DNA of 64,000 nucleotides from a virus, in the IMG/VR virus record IMGVR_UViG_3300037587_000516, positions 1 to 64,000 of that record, one strand, 5' to 3'. The position numbers were made by a program, and so were the translations under genes. This document shows, in pieces, positions 28,107 through 38,954 of this stretch. The notes beneath the pieces are model-generated. The model saw only the letters and a list, made by a program, of their open reading frames with translations, was not told the DNA's origin and made no database searches. Numbering within the stretch: the stretch's first letter is position 1; each line of letters opens with the position of its first letter.

Positions 28107-28372
28107 AAGTGTTTAAAGGGTGGTTTGGTGAAAAACCAGATAATTTCACAGGAATTGTCGAAGAGCCAGATGGAAGTAAGCGTTGGTGTTTAAATGGCCT
28201 ACTTCATAAGGTTGACGGACATGCTGTTGAGTGGTACAACGGAAATAAGTTTTGGTGTTTGAATGGTAATTATATGACAGAAATAGAACACACTAAAAGA
28301 ACAGCGTGGATAAAAACTACTTTGGGCAAATTGATATTTAATGAGCATTTTAAATTGGAGGACAAATGTTAG
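28103..28372 (+). CDS. HRxDGPA-repeat family copy 13 (HKVDGHA variant)
   Basis: family motifs. Confidence 0.85.
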   Translation: MKVFKGWFGEKPDNFTGIVEEPDGSKRWCLNGLLHKVDGHAVEWYNGNKFWCLNGNYMTEIEHTKRTAWIKTTLGKLIFNEHFKLEDKC

Positions 28373-28471
28373 GATTATTAATAGGCATTGTAATTGGGCT
28401 TGGCATAGCAGTTATTGTTGTCAAGTACAAAAAAGAATTATTACCTATAAAAATTAAAAAGGACGAATCAA

Positions 28472-29278
28472 ATGATAAAAGAAGGAATAGTTCTAAGTAA
28501 GGGCGGAAAGTTATTTAAAACAGATTGGTTGTATAATGAAAAAACAGAAGAGGGCGAATTAGTTACTTTTGACGCAACTGATATAGCTCCCAGACTGTTA
28601 TTTGAAACTGTCAGCTTTGACGATGACGTAACTTTGCGGGACATATTTCGACTGCTGAATAGGCACATTGATATACTGGAGCCCCTTTTAGGAAACTGGT
28701 GTAGAGAGTTAACTGCCGAAGCGTTGTCTGGAATTGGACCGGCGTATTCTAACAAGTATGATGCCGAAGGAATTGAGTATTTAGAACTTACTCATTCGTT
28801 TGGGGAAAATACTTGGGACGGACACACAGAAAGTTTTGGGAACATTTACCCTGATTTTGGCGGAAAGGGTTTCATGTTAAAAGAAGATGCTACTCATGGA
28901 GACCATACTGGACCAGAGGGCGTAACTATTGGACATGAGGCGGGTAGTAGAATAAGTTGGGGACTGGAATTATCTTCTCCAAATACATTAATCAACATAC
29001 CCATAAAACTAAACCCAAATACTGAAATATACCATACGGATTTATCAGAAGAACGTACCATAAAGTCGGACAAGGTTGCTACGTTGAACAACTTGGGGTT
29101 TTCGTTAGGGCAGATTTTGTATGGGATTGTGTGGGAGTTAACTTTTAATGGTCCGCCAGAAGTTAGAGACGACTTAAAAGCGGAGCTAACCGGCCAAGTA
29201 AAAGAAATTACTGGAGAGGTAGAAAAGCCAAAAGGGTCTCATTTATCAGTAGTTAGAAATGGTGAAGAAAAAACTTGA
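28472..29278 (+). CDS. hypothetical protein
   Basis: 268-aa ORF with RBS. Confidence 0.7.
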   Translation: MIKEGIVLSKGGKLFKTDWLYNEKTEEGELVTFDATDIAPRLLFETVSFDDDVTLRDIFRLLNRHIDILEPLLGNWCRELTAEALSGIGPAYSNKYDAEGIEYLELTHSFGENTWDGHTESFGNIYPDFGGKGFMLKEDATHGDHTGPEGVTIGHEAGSRISWGLELSSPNTLINIPIKLNPNTEIYHTDLSEERTIKSDKVATLNNLGFSLGQILYGIVWELTFNGPPEVRDDLKAELTGQVKEITGEVEKPKGSHLSVVRNGEEKT

Positions 29279-29309
29279 CATTGAACTTTGGTAGGAGTAG
29301 TATTAGGTT

Positions 29310-29645
29310 ATGAAGATATTTAAAGGGTGGTTTCGTGAAAGACCAAAAAACTTCACAGGAATAGTCGAAGATACAGGCGGCGATAAGTATTGGTATTTGA
29401 ATGGTAAGTGGCATAGAGTTGACGGACCTGCTTTTGAGTGTAAAGACGGCAGTAAGGTGTGGTATTTGAATGGGGAAAGGCATAGAGTTGACGGACCTGC
29501 TATTGAGTGGTCTGGTGGTGGTAAGTATTGGTGTTTGAATGGTGAATATATGTCAGAAGAAGAGCATTATAAAAAGACAGCTTACCTTAGGACTACTTTG
29601 GGTAAGCTAATATTTAATGAGCATTTTAAATTGGAGGAAGGGTGA
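29310..29645 (+). CDS. HRxDGPA-repeat family copy 14 (two repeats)
   Basis: family motifs; downstream of TTGACA 29275. Confidence 0.85.
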   Translation: MKIFKGWFRERPKNFTGIVEDTGGDKYWYLNGKWHRVDGPAFECKDGSKVWYLNGERHRVDGPAIEWSGGGKYWCLNGEYMSEEEHYKKTAYLRTTLGKLIFNEHFKLEEG

Positions 29646-29865
29646 AAGAAAGAACTCAATTAGTATTAGCCGGTTATATTTTAGATGGTAAGTTTGATTT
29701 TTCTGTAGACCTTCCTTTTGTTAAAGTTGAACTAACTAGTTCGGAAATGAGAAAGTTAATTAACATGGAATATGGAATTAGATCTAAAAGATCTAGAATT
29801 ATTAAAAAATACATGACTAGATTAATTAATGTTTTCTGTATAGAAATTGTAAAGGATCTGATAAA

Positions 29866-30348
29866 ATGAAAAATCACATTATTACACTAATTGGCATACC
29901 AAATAGTGGGAAGACTACATTTGCTGATAAACACTACCCGGACTATACTAGAATATCCTGGGATGATACGATGCTAGAGCTTTACCCAGCAGAAACGTAT
30001 GGGGAGTCGTTTAAATTGGCAAAACCTTATTCTATGGACATTTTGGACATAACTCGCAAGAGGCTCTCAGAGGCCCTAGAGCGCAAGGAAAACATAGTCC
30101 TTGACCTGACCCATCTTAAGCGTAAAATGCGCTCAGATCACCTGTCAGAGGTTCCTGAGAGCTATAAAAAGACCGCCGTGGTTTGTGTGGTTCCAGTTGG
30201 GGACATTTATGCTAGAAATGAGGCGCGGGTTAAGATTGGTAAGCACATAGATTTTAAGATACTAGAAGGTATGTTACGGCAGTATGAAGAGCCGACTAAA
30301 GAAGAGTTTGATGAGATAATCTTTAATTGTAATTCAGGAGTAAACTAA
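29866..30348 (+). CDS. P-loop kinase (AAA_33 / polynucleotide-kinase-like)
   Basis: GIPNSGKTT, ISWD, VLDLT, RNEAR lid. Confidence 0.8.
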   Translation: MKNHIITLIGIPNSGKTTFADKHYPDYTRISWDDTMLELYPAETYGESFKLAKPYSMDILDITRKRLSEALERKENIVLDLTHLKRKMRSDHLSEVPESYKKTAVVCVVPVGDIYARNEARVKIGKHIDFKILEGMLRQYEEPTKEEFDEIIFNCNSGVN

Positions 30349-30970
30349 TGTTTGGGTTTAAAATTGTTCGGGAAGATGAGTATAATGAACTAGAAAAAGC
30401 AGCTACTCTTCACCAAAGAGTTTATACGCTAGATAGGTGGTTTTCTGGATGGAAAGACCTAGATATTATATGGAACTACTTAACAGGAAAAGACAATACA
30501 AGCGACACATGGTCGTTGCGACAAAGTTATGCGGACAAAAGAAAAACAGGAATATATGGAACAACCCTTGAAGAGCAGAATTCGGAATTAATAAAAATAC
30601 TAGAAATGGGATCAAATTTAGATAACTATAATATTACTACGTTTGGTGAGCTTTGTGGCCCGGTTATGGAAATGAAAGAGGCACTACAAAAAGCAAAGGC
30701 AATGATATGAAAAAGCCTAGAGAATTTACTATTATATATGATGGTATGAACGACCGACCAGTTGGTGCCGAGAATGGACGAAAACGGTCAACCGCAAGTG
30801 GCGGAGGTAGCATGGTCTGTATTCCGGTTATTGAAAAGTCTGCCTACAATAAGGTGATTAAAGCACTAAAATACTATAAAGAAATGGGAACTGCTGATGA
30901 GTTCTATTTTGGATGGGATGGCCATGAGGTTGCGGAAAAGGCGTTAAAAGAGTTGGGGGAAAAATAAAGC

Positions 30971-30999
30971 TTGACAAATCAGATAAAATGAGTTATATT
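30971..30999 (+). promoter_or_regulatory. sigma70 promoter of recombination module
   Basis: TTGACA-N17-TATATT. Confidence 0.75.
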
Positions 31000-31018
31000 A
31001 AATAAAAGGAAACGTAAT

Positions 31019-32140
31019 ATGAGACTATCACACAGCGCCATTCAAAAGTACTTAACGTGCGCCGCTCAATATGATGCCCACTATAATCTTAAGATCCGCT
31101 CTGAGAAGTTAGGAAGTCCTTTGTTGTTTGGAACTGCTGTGGATGAAGCCCAAGGCATTATGCTGCTTAGTAAGATGGATGATGCCGATTTAACGGACGA
31201 AGAACGGGCAACTATGGACAGAGATCCGTTTGACGTATTTGATTACCACTTAACAATGAAGGTAATTAAGCAAGATATTGGACCAGAGGATATAAGAACC
31301 TCTCCATATATTGAGTATTTTGGAAGTGATTTTGAGCCCGGGGTTCTTTTAGAAGAAGACTGGGTTAAATTAGAGCAGTTCATAAAAAATGCCGGGTACG
31401 AGGCAGATGATCCGGAAGAGTTGTTTACAATACTAAAAGGTAAGATTAAAGAAGGAGACGCATCATTAACAGATCAGTGTTATTTTAACTATGCATCGTG
31501 GTTATCGTTGAGAAGAAAAGGGCACTTAATGCTTGAGTTGTACCGCGATAAGATCATGCCGTTGATTGACAGGGTTTATAGTATTCAAAGGAAGGTTGAT
31601 TTGCCAAACGAAAATGGCGATGAGATCATTGGGTATATTGATATTGAGGCATCTTTAGTTGGACATGAGGGTATTTTCACAATTGATAATAAAACTTCTG
31701 GGCCAAAGTATAAGCAGAGTGATATAAATGACAAGGGTCAATTAGTATTATACGATGAGTTTACCCAGAATGGTCAAGCTGCATATATAGTGCTACTGAA
31801 AAAGCCCAAGTTAATTAAACACAAAACCTGCTTGTCTTGTGAGGGTACTACTACTAGATCAGTTAAAAAGTGCGCGGCAGAGGTAGAAGGAGTTCGTTGT
31901 AATGGCGAATTCTCCAATGAAATCGAGATAGAGCCCGAAATGCAGTATCAGATTTTAACTGGTGACATAGATGAAGAAAAAAAAGATTTGCTATTTGAAC
32001 AGATTGATGATATACTAAGTAAAATTGAAGCGAAAGAGTTTCCTCAGAATAGAGATGCTTGTTTTCAGTTTGGAAAACCTTGCGCATATTTTAACTACTG
32101 TAGAAATGGTAGTATGGAAGGTTTGGGGAAAGTAAAATGA
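31019..32140 (+). CDS. PD-(D/E)XK exonuclease (RecB/Cas4-like)
   Basis: LSHSAI..Y..C, GYID, IDNKTS, QL.LY, C-terminal C..C...C cluster. Confidence 0.85.
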   Translation: MRLSHSAIQKYLTCAAQYDAHYNLKIRSEKLGSPLLFGTAVDEAQGIMLLSKMDDADLTDEERATMDRDPFDVFDYHLTMKVIKQDIGPEDIRTSPYIEYFGSDFEPGVLLEEDWVKLEQFIKNAGYEADDPEELFTILKGKIKEGDASLTDQCYFNYASWLSLRRKGHLMLELYRDKIMPLIDRVYSIQRKVDLPNENGDEIIGYIDIEASLVGHEGIFTIDNKTSGPKYKQSDINDKGQLVLYDEFTQNGQAAYIVLLKKPKLIKHKTCLSCEGTTTRSVKKCAAEVEGVRCNGEFSNEIEIEPEMQYQILTGDIDEEKKDLLFEQIDDILSKIEAKEFPQNRDACFQFGKPCAYFNYCRNGSMEGLGKVK

Positions 32141-32481
32141 AGGTGTTTAAAGGGTGGTGTAAGGATAGACCACATAAATTCACGGGAATTGTTGAAACTC
32201 CAGGTGGCACTAAGTATTGGTATTTGAATGGTGAATTTCATAGAGTTGACGGACCTGCTATTGAATATTCTAAGGGTGGTAAGTCTTGGTATTTGAATGG
32301 AGAAAGACATAGAGTTGACGGGCCTGCTATTGATTGGACAGATGGAAGTAAGTCTTGGTTTTTGAATGGTGAGTATATGACAGAGGAAGAGCATGCTAAA
32401 AGAACAGCTTATCTTAGGACTACTCTTGGTAAGTTGATATTTAATGAGCATTTTAAACTGGAGGAAAACAGTGTCAACTAA
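32137..32481 (+). CDS. HRxDGPA-repeat family copy 15 (two repeats)
   Basis: family motifs. Confidence 0.85.
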   Translation: MKVFKGWCKDRPHKFTGIVETPGGTKYWYLNGEFHRVDGPAIEYSKGGKSWYLNGERHRVDGPAIDWTDGSKSWFLNGEYMTEEEHAKRTAYLRTTLGKLIFNEHFKLEENSVN

Positions 32482-32769
32482 AGCAGAAGTAGAAAAAGAG
32501 AATAAAACATTGCGGGCTGAAATTCGTGAATTGCGTAAAGCCTCAAAAGAATCTAGCGCCTCATTAGAGGGGATGCCCTTTACTGGGATCGGAGTTGGAT
32601 TAGATAGTGATGGAAAATTTAACCTTGTTCATATCAAGTTTGATCTTGAAAGTAAGTCCGCAGCAGTTGCAGAAACTTTGCGGGTAATGGATTACGCTCC
32701 GGAAACGGCAGGGTATGCAAAAACCGCATTAGTTGATGAAATAATTAGACTCAGTAAGGAGAGAAAGTA

Positions 32770-33507
32770 ATGAGTAAAAAACAAACACCGGAAGAAATGA
32801 TGGGCGAATTAACGCATGAGCAATTAGTAGAGCAGTTGAGCAACTCTTTGCAGGTTAACGAAAACATGAAAGCAAACCAACAGGGCTTGATTGACGAAAG
32901 TAAACAGCTTCGTAACCAGATAGATTCACTAAGTGCAGGAAAGTCTATTTACGGAAAGTTGTTGGCTGTTAAAAGAGACTTGGGGTATGTTGCGAAAGAC
33001 CAAAAGAATTCGGGTCAGGGCTGGATGTTTCGTGGAATAGATCAGTTTCTAAATGCAATAAAGCCTCTGTTAGATACTCATGGAGTTGGTATTTCAACTA
33101 AAGTGGTACAGAATGCAGAAGAATATAAGCTAAACGAAAAGACTGGAAAGTATGCTAAGAATACTAGGCTTATTATGGAGTATATATTCTTTGCGGAAGA
33201 TGGCTCAACAGTTAGCTGCCAAATGCCAGCAGAAGGTGTGGACCCCGGAGATAAGGGCACTAATAAGGCGCTATCAGCAGCATTGAAATACTGCCTAATC
33301 CAAACGTTCGCTGTTCCAACTAAAGATACTGCGGAAGCTGATAGTGAGAATCCTACAAATGATAGCGGAAAGGTTTCGGGAAAAGCTACTGCCACAAAAA
33401 CAGTTACTCCAACAGGTGAAAAAGCAGCGGCTGCCCCAGCAAAGAAGTCATTTAGAAGAAAATCTGTAGCTAAAACTCCGGAGGCATCTAGTGACATCGA
33501 CCTCTAA
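32770..33507 (+). CDS. ERF-family single-strand annealing protein
   Basis: K..KN..QG..FRGID; GVDPGDKGTNKALSAALKY.L...F.VPT.D. Confidence 0.85.
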   Translation: MSKKQTPEEMMGELTHEQLVEQLSNSLQVNENMKANQQGLIDESKQLRNQIDSLSAGKSIYGKLLAVKRDLGYVAKDQKNSGQGWMFRGIDQFLNAIKPLLDTHGVGISTKVVQNAEEYKLNEKTGKYAKNTRLIMEYIFFAEDGSTVSCQMPAEGVDPGDKGTNKALSAALKYCLIQTFAVPTKDTAEADSENPTNDSGKVSGKATATKTVTPTGEKAAAAPAKKSFRRKSVAKTPEASSDIDL

Positions 33508-33870
33508 AGAAGTAGTGGACCAAGATTTGGCCAAAGAAGAAAAGGCAGAAGAAGCTCCGGAAATCTCAACGTTGGACCAATTAAGCGGAGCATTTAACGC
33601 TAATCTTAATGAGAGCCTTAATTTAATCGGCTCTATGTCCAAGAATGGATTGCAGAGAGTTATAAAAGTATTGCTGGCATACCCCTTGCTTCATGAAGAC
33701 TTGGGGGTCACCATTGATAAAGAGCAAGAAGTTAGATTAGCTCAGCTAGGTGTTGACATTCAGCATATTAAGTTTAGTATGACAATGGAAAGCATGGGCA
33801 TTGATACTAAAGAGTTAGCAAAAGAAGTAGATGAAAGTAAAGAAGTAACTAAACAGGAAAAGGAATAAAC

Positions 33871-34206
33871 ATGGCAAAGAAGTATTCAAAAGTTGGAGCA
33901 ATTAAGCTATCCAAAGGCGGCGAAGGAAAAGTATCCAAGCTCTATATTAACCTAAACGCAGACAAAGACAAAGAAGGAAAAGTTAATATAGCTAGTATCA
34001 AGGCTCTTCACGCTGCACTTGGTTCGTTGATTGACAACCCAAATGACGGAGACAATCAGTATGGGGTCAGTCTTATGATTGAAAAGCCTCAGGATTCACT
34101 GCGCCGCCTTAACGAGTTAGGGTATATTGATGATGATAAACTAGAAGCTCGTATAGAAGGTGTTCCAGATTGGTTAAAGTATGAAATTACATTAGTTCAC
34201 GAATAA
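33871..34206 (+). CDS. hypothetical protein, possible SSB
   Basis: position in recombination module before a terminator; no diagnostic motif. Confidence 0.35.
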   Translation: MAKKYSKVGAIKLSKGGEGKVSKLYINLNADKDKEGKVNIASIKALHAALGSLIDNPNDGDNQYGVSLMIEKPQDSLRRLNELGYIDDDKLEARIEGVPDWLKYEITLVHE

Positions 34207-34288
34207 AATTAAAGTGGTTGGATAATCCACTAGTATCAACAGCATGTACTCTCAGCTAAAAAATATCCGCAAAATTCCTCCCTTTTGG

Positions 34289-34316
34289 GGTCCGGCAGAA
34301 ATGTCGGGCCTTTTTT
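34289..34316 (+). terminator. rho-independent terminator
   Basis: GGTCCGGCA-GAAA-TGTCGGGCC followed by T6. Confidence 0.85.
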
Positions 34317-34329
34317 ATTGAGAAAAGGG

Positions 34330-34358
34330 TTGACTTAATGTCAGAAACCTAGTATGCT
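34330..34358 (+). promoter_or_regulatory. sigma70 promoter of replication module
   Basis: TTGACT-N17-TATGCT right after the terminator. Confidence 0.65.
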
Positions 34359-34793
34359 TAAGAAACGGAGGTATCGTGGAAGTAACACAAAAACAAATCA
34401 ACTTAATTAGAAGCGTAGCAATTGGTATAATCAAAGAAATGCCGAGCCGATTAATTTGGGAAGATACTGAAAGAGAAGTAGACCCAACAGATAGAGCAGC
34501 GATTGCTTATATAGACGCAATTGGAAAAGTATTACATCTGGACTTTGAAATCAATACAAAAAGGAAGAAATAATGTCAAATAGTATGTTGGAATCAAGCA
34601 AAGAGGCGAATCAGGAACGTAAACGGAAACGATTAGAAGAGATGGTTAAAGCTGTTGTTGCTGGAGCTGACAACACATCCGAAGCGGGTTGTTGGGAAAT
34701 ACTTAACACAGCTCAGTATTTAATAAGTATAATAGACGAAAAAATGGCAGCAGACATAAAAGCGGATGAAGAGAAATTTAAAGGTGGAGCAAA

Positions 34794-35246
34794 ATGAAAC
34801 TGACAATTGAATTAGTGCCAAAAACATGTTGGTTTAGTAATGTTAGATCCCAAGTAACAAAAGCCGACTGGGAAATCCTAAAGAAAGAAACTTCAAAAAA
34901 CGCAAAAAGAAAGTGCGAAATTTGTGCAGGGCGAGGACCAAAATGGCCAGTTGAGTGTCATGAAGTATGGAGTTATGACGACAAGAAAAAAATACAAAAG
35001 TTAGAAAGGTTGATTGCGTTATGCCCGTCGTGTCATGAAGTTAAACATATCGGGTTCGCAGGAACGCGAGGCAGGTCTTATATTGCAACCGAACATCTGG
35101 CTAATGTAAATGACATATCTGTAGATGATGCGACTGATTACGTTCACGGTGCATTTGTTTTATGGAGAGACAGATCACAATACAATTGGGAGCTTGATAT
35201 TTCATGGCTAGATAATCGCGGAATAGAGTATGGGGATAGATCATAA
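34794..35246 (+). CDS. HNH-like Zn-binding nuclease
   Basis: CEIC...VECHE.W...LCPSCHEVKH. Confidence 0.7.
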   Translation: MKLTIELVPKTCWFSNVRSQVTKADWEILKKETSKNAKRKCEICAGRGPKWPVECHEVWSYDDKKKIQKLERLIALCPSCHEVKHIGFAGTRGRSYIATEHLANVNDISVDDATDYVHGAFVLWRDRSQYNWELDISWLDNRGIEYGDRS

Positions 35247-37268
35247 ATGACAAATAAGGAGAAACGAGTGTACCGAAGATTATGTAAAACACTAGATAAC
35301 AAGGGGGAGTTAATCCCCGCCACTGACGATGTTTATTCGCATATTAAAAACAAGAACGTAGACCATTATTTAAGCGTGTACAGCTATAATGAGAGCCAAA
35401 AGAAAACGTTCTATTCAAAAGTGGAAAAGTTAGTAGACGGGAAGATAATTGAAACCATAAACGGAGCCGCCGGAATTAGTGATGTGTTCACAAATCAATT
35501 CATACTAGACTTTGATATTGATAAGCTAGCCGGGACTTCATTAGAAGATATAAAAGTTGATACTATAGAAGCAATTAGAAGGTTAAAAGAGAGTGGTATT
35601 TCTGAAGAAGCAATTCAGCTGACCTTTTCTGGAAATAAGGGGTTCGGTATTACAGTTGACATTAATCAGGACTTAACCCCGGATGCACATAAGAAAATGG
35701 CCAAGAATCTAATGGGAGACCTATCGTCGTTCGATACCCGGGTCTACAACGCATCTCGCATACTAAGAGTCTCGTATACTAAACACCAGAGTAGCGGCTT
35801 GTTTAAAATGCCTATGGGGATTTCTGAGCTAGAAGAGTCAATTGAGACAATCCAAGAATGGGCTAAAGACGTTGATGCATCTGATACTATGACATACTCT
35901 AGAATAACACTGCCGATTAGTATTATGAAGTTGGCGGAGATTAAGCCGGAGCGCAAGAAAGTTGAAGGGTTGACATTAGAAGCTGGGGTTTGTACCTTGG
36001 ACTTCAATAAAAAGCCCAAGTTCTTGTCAGACTGGAAGTTTGCAATCTCTGAGGGATACTTTCCTCCGGGAGCAAGAAACTACGCCTTGTTGATACTAGC
36101 GGCAACTTATGCTGGGTGCGGGTTTAATAAAGAAGCTACGTATAGACTACTAAAAGCAGCTGCGGAGCTTCAATCAGTTAAGTTTGGCGTAGATCGTTTC
36201 TCTGATGATGAAATTTGGAAGAACATGGTTAGCGTTGTGTATGATCCTAGCTGGCAGGGTGGAACATTTGCGGAAGATAATTTCCCGGATGAACTGTCTG
36301 ATTACCTTGAGTCAATTGGAGTAAACCGCGCAGCGTCTGAGGATACCGAAGATCGAATGATCGAGAAACTTGGAGATGGGTTTGACTCGTTTGCCGCATA
36401 TGCTAAAACGATAGAAGAGCATACGATTAAGACCGGCATTCCTGAGTTAGACGAGAGGCTAAAAATGAGAGCGGGTCAGTTGATCTTCTTATTGGCACCT
36501 CCCTCAGTTGGGAAAACCAGCGCTTTGATAACTGTTCTCAACAACACCAGTAAGGACGGGATAACCTCATACTTCTCTAGTATGGATATGTATGTTCACG
36601 AGATATACAAGAAACTGATACAAAGACATACTAAATTAACTGAGGATGAAGTATTTGATGTGTTTATTCGTGAGGACGAAGAGAAAATGGAGGAGTTTCG
36701 TAACATACTAAAAGAAGAGTATGGAAACGTTAACCTTTGCTATAAGTCCGGCGAATCTGTTGGTGAGATGCGCAGATCTATTGAGCGCATTGAGAATCAA
36801 ACCGGAAAGCGCATTGATCTAGTAGCAGTTGACTATTTGGAGCTAGTTTTGACAGAAGCTGGTGATCCAACGGCAGCTACAGCAGAGGCGGCTCAGAAAC
36901 TGCGTGAGCTTGCGAATGAGGGGCGTGTTGTGATTTGCCTACTCCAACCCAATAAAAACAACTCGCATCCCACAGAGCCTATCACGTCGTTTAACGCAGC
37001 TAAAGGAAGTTCTAGTATAAGTCAAGCATGTACAGCATTTTTAACGTGCAATAGGCCCGGAATGGACTCAACTAACGATAACATTGATGATCACTTCTTT
37101 AGTATGAACTGCGTTAAGAACAGAAACGGGAACCTATTTGCAATTAACATGGGTTGGGATGGTCCAACTCAGACATTTTATTCTCTGGATGATCAACAGA
37201 AAGAGAGATTAAAGAATTTGAGACAACGGCAGCAAGAGAAAAAGGCTGTTGATGCGGGGAGTTTATAA
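35247..37268 (+). CDS. primase (AEP-type)-helicase (DnaB-like SF4) fusion
   Basis: LDFD, FSGNKG, RILR in N-half; APPSVGKT, VDYLEL, LLQ, VKNRNG in C-half. Confidence 0.85.
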   Translation: MTNKEKRVYRRLCKTLDNKGELIPATDDVYSHIKNKNVDHYLSVYSYNESQKKTFYSKVEKLVDGKIIETINGAAGISDVFTNQFILDFDIDKLAGTSLEDIKVDTIEAIRRLKESGISEEAIQLTFSGNKGFGITVDINQDLTPDAHKKMAKNLMGDLSSFDTRVYNASRILRVSYTKHQSSGLFKMPMGISELEESIETIQEWAKDVDASDTMTYSRITLPISIMKLAEIKPERKKVEGLTLEAGVCTLDFNKKPKFLSDWKFAISEGYFPPGARNYALLILAATYAGCGFNKEATYRLLKAAAELQSVKFGVDRFSDDEIWKNMVSVVYDPSWQGGTFAEDNFPDELSDYLESIGVNRAASEDTEDRMIEKLGDGFDSFAAYAKTIEEHTIKTGIPELDERLKMRAGQLIFLLAPPSVGKTSALITVLNNTSKDGITSYFSSMDMYVHEIYKKLIQRHTKLTEDEVFDVFIREDEEKMEEFRNILKEEYGNVNLCYKSGESVGEMRRSIERIENQTGKRIDLVAVDYLELVLTEAGDPTAATAEAAQKLRELANEGRVVICLLQPNKNNSHPTEPITSFNAAKGSSSISQACTAFLTCNRPGMDSTNDNIDDHFFSMNCVKNRNGNLFAINMGWDGPTQTFYSLDDQQKERLKNLRQRQQEKKAVDAGSL

Positions 37269-38230
37269 TGAATATTTTAGTTAAAATGAAGTTCGGATCA
37301 CATATGTATGGGACTAACGTTGCTACTAGCGACACAGACTATAAAGCAATTTATATTCCGTCAGCAGATGACATACTTATGCAAAGAGCCCGAAAGGTTA
37401 TTCATGAGAATACCAATAAAACCAACACCAAAAACAGCAATAAAGATGTAGATACTGAATATATTAGCATACAACGGTATATGGAATTACTATTGGAGGG
37501 TCAAACTATGGCATTGGATATGTTATTTGCCCCGGACGATATGATTCTAGAAGGAGGGGATCGGAAACTTTGGGACTATATTCGCAATAATAAGAAGGAG
37601 TTTCTTCATTCTGGAGTGTTGTCTTTTGTGGGATACTGTAGAACCCAGGCAAATAAGTATGGGATTAAGGGCTCTAGAATGAGTGCAATTAAAGAAGCAT
37701 TGGGATTATTTAATCTCGTCGTAAACGGGACAAATAGGTTAGAAGATATTAATTATACAGACCTATTAGAAAATGATCATATTAAAATGGTTGATTGTAA
37801 AGGACCAAATAATAAAACAGAGCCACATCTTGAAATTTGTAATCGCAAATTTGGGATGAGAACAAAGGTTGAGAATATTATCTTTACGCTAGAAAAGATT
37901 TATGATGGGTATGGGCACAGAGCTAAGTTGGCAGAAAAGAATGAAGGAATTGACTGGAAGGCATTAATGCATGCGGTTAGAATTCAGTATCAAGCAAAAG
38001 AATTACTATCAACTGGACATATAACATTTCCTAGACCAGAAAAGGATTTACTTTTAGATATTAGAAACGGCAAATTGGACTATAAAGTTGTTGCTCGAAT
38101 TATTGAGGATGGTCTTGATGAATTAGAACAAATGGAGTCAAACCTACCTAAGAAACCTAATAAGGAGTTTGCTGATAAACTAGTTTGTGATGTCCATCAT
38201 TCAGAGATTCAGAAGAGGGGGAGCTTATGA
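37268..38230 (+). CDS. RlaP-like nucleotidyltransferase
   Basis: FGSHMYGT....SDTDY; GYCRTQANKY; DWKALMHAVR; LL.IR.G. Confidence 0.8.
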   Translation: MNILVKMKFGSHMYGTNVATSDTDYKAIYIPSADDILMQRARKVIHENTNKTNTKNSNKDVDTEYISIQRYMELLLEGQTMALDMLFAPDDMILEGGDRKLWDYIRNNKKEFLHSGVLSFVGYCRTQANKYGIKGSRMSAIKEALGLFNLVVNGTNRLEDINYTDLLENDHIKMVDCKGPNNKTEPHLEICNRKFGMRTKVENIIFTLEKIYDGYGHRAKLAEKNEGIDWKALMHAVRIQYQAKELLSTGHITFPRPEKDLLLDIRNGKLDYKVVARIIEDGLDELEQMESNLPKKPNKEFADKLVCDVHHSEIQKRGSL

Positions 38231-38503
38231 GACTAGAAGAAATTGCGGCACACTATCAGAAGACAGGGGAGTTTTTGCCAGAAGGATTTGAATTTATGGT
38301 TGACTATTTCATTGAGAACATCCAAGGAATGCACGAAGAGTACATTTCAGAGTTTAATGAAGATAGCGTACCGTTTCAAGTTCATGTGCTACAGAGACTA
38401 AATGACTGGCAGATCGAAAGCGGGTTTGCTAGAGAATATACTCCAGAAGAAGTCGAAGAAATGATAGGAGATGATGATCTGGATATTAGTATAGGAGAGG
38501 AAG

Positions 38504-38954
38504 ATGATAACGATCCGTGGATTAATTAGTGCGGCGGCTCTTGTTTCGGTGGGGATGATGCTGAACGAGGTAATAACGTACTCAACTACACCAACCATAA
38601 CAGAGCAGATACTGGTCCCATACAAACAGGCGTTTATGGACATGGTAAAGCACACTGGTATGCACCTTGATCTTAACACAATCAAGTTTGAATCACTACC
38701 CAACAATACTATAGGAATCTGTAACCCATTGATGTTGGAGATTAAAATAGACCCCGTATACTGGAGCACAGCGGACGAGAAAGAGAGAATTGCCGTAACT
38801 TTTCATGAGTTCAACCACTGTATTTGTTTGGATCTTGTTCATGCTGAAGGTGAGTTTGAGGACTAGTATTATGAACACTGTATTGCCAGATAGTGCATGT
38901 TTGGGTGAGCATTGGGCAGAGTATATGGCGGACTTGATAAAAAGGTGTGAATAA
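38504..38954 (+). pseudogene. metzincin-like Zn metalloprotease, frameshifted near 38864
   Basis: HEFNHCICLDLVH then TAG 38864-66; +1 frame continues TSIMNTVLPD...RCE to TAA 38952-54, which overlaps the next ATG. Confidence 0.6.

Noticed and set aside
31019-32140. Cas4 as part of a CRISPR system
   Set aside because: It sits with ERF in a recombination module; a standard phage exonuclease context.
38864-38866. TAG stop-codon reassignment
   Set aside because: Read-through gives no sensible sequence, long genes are intact in the standard code, and TAG ends many genes at tight junctions.
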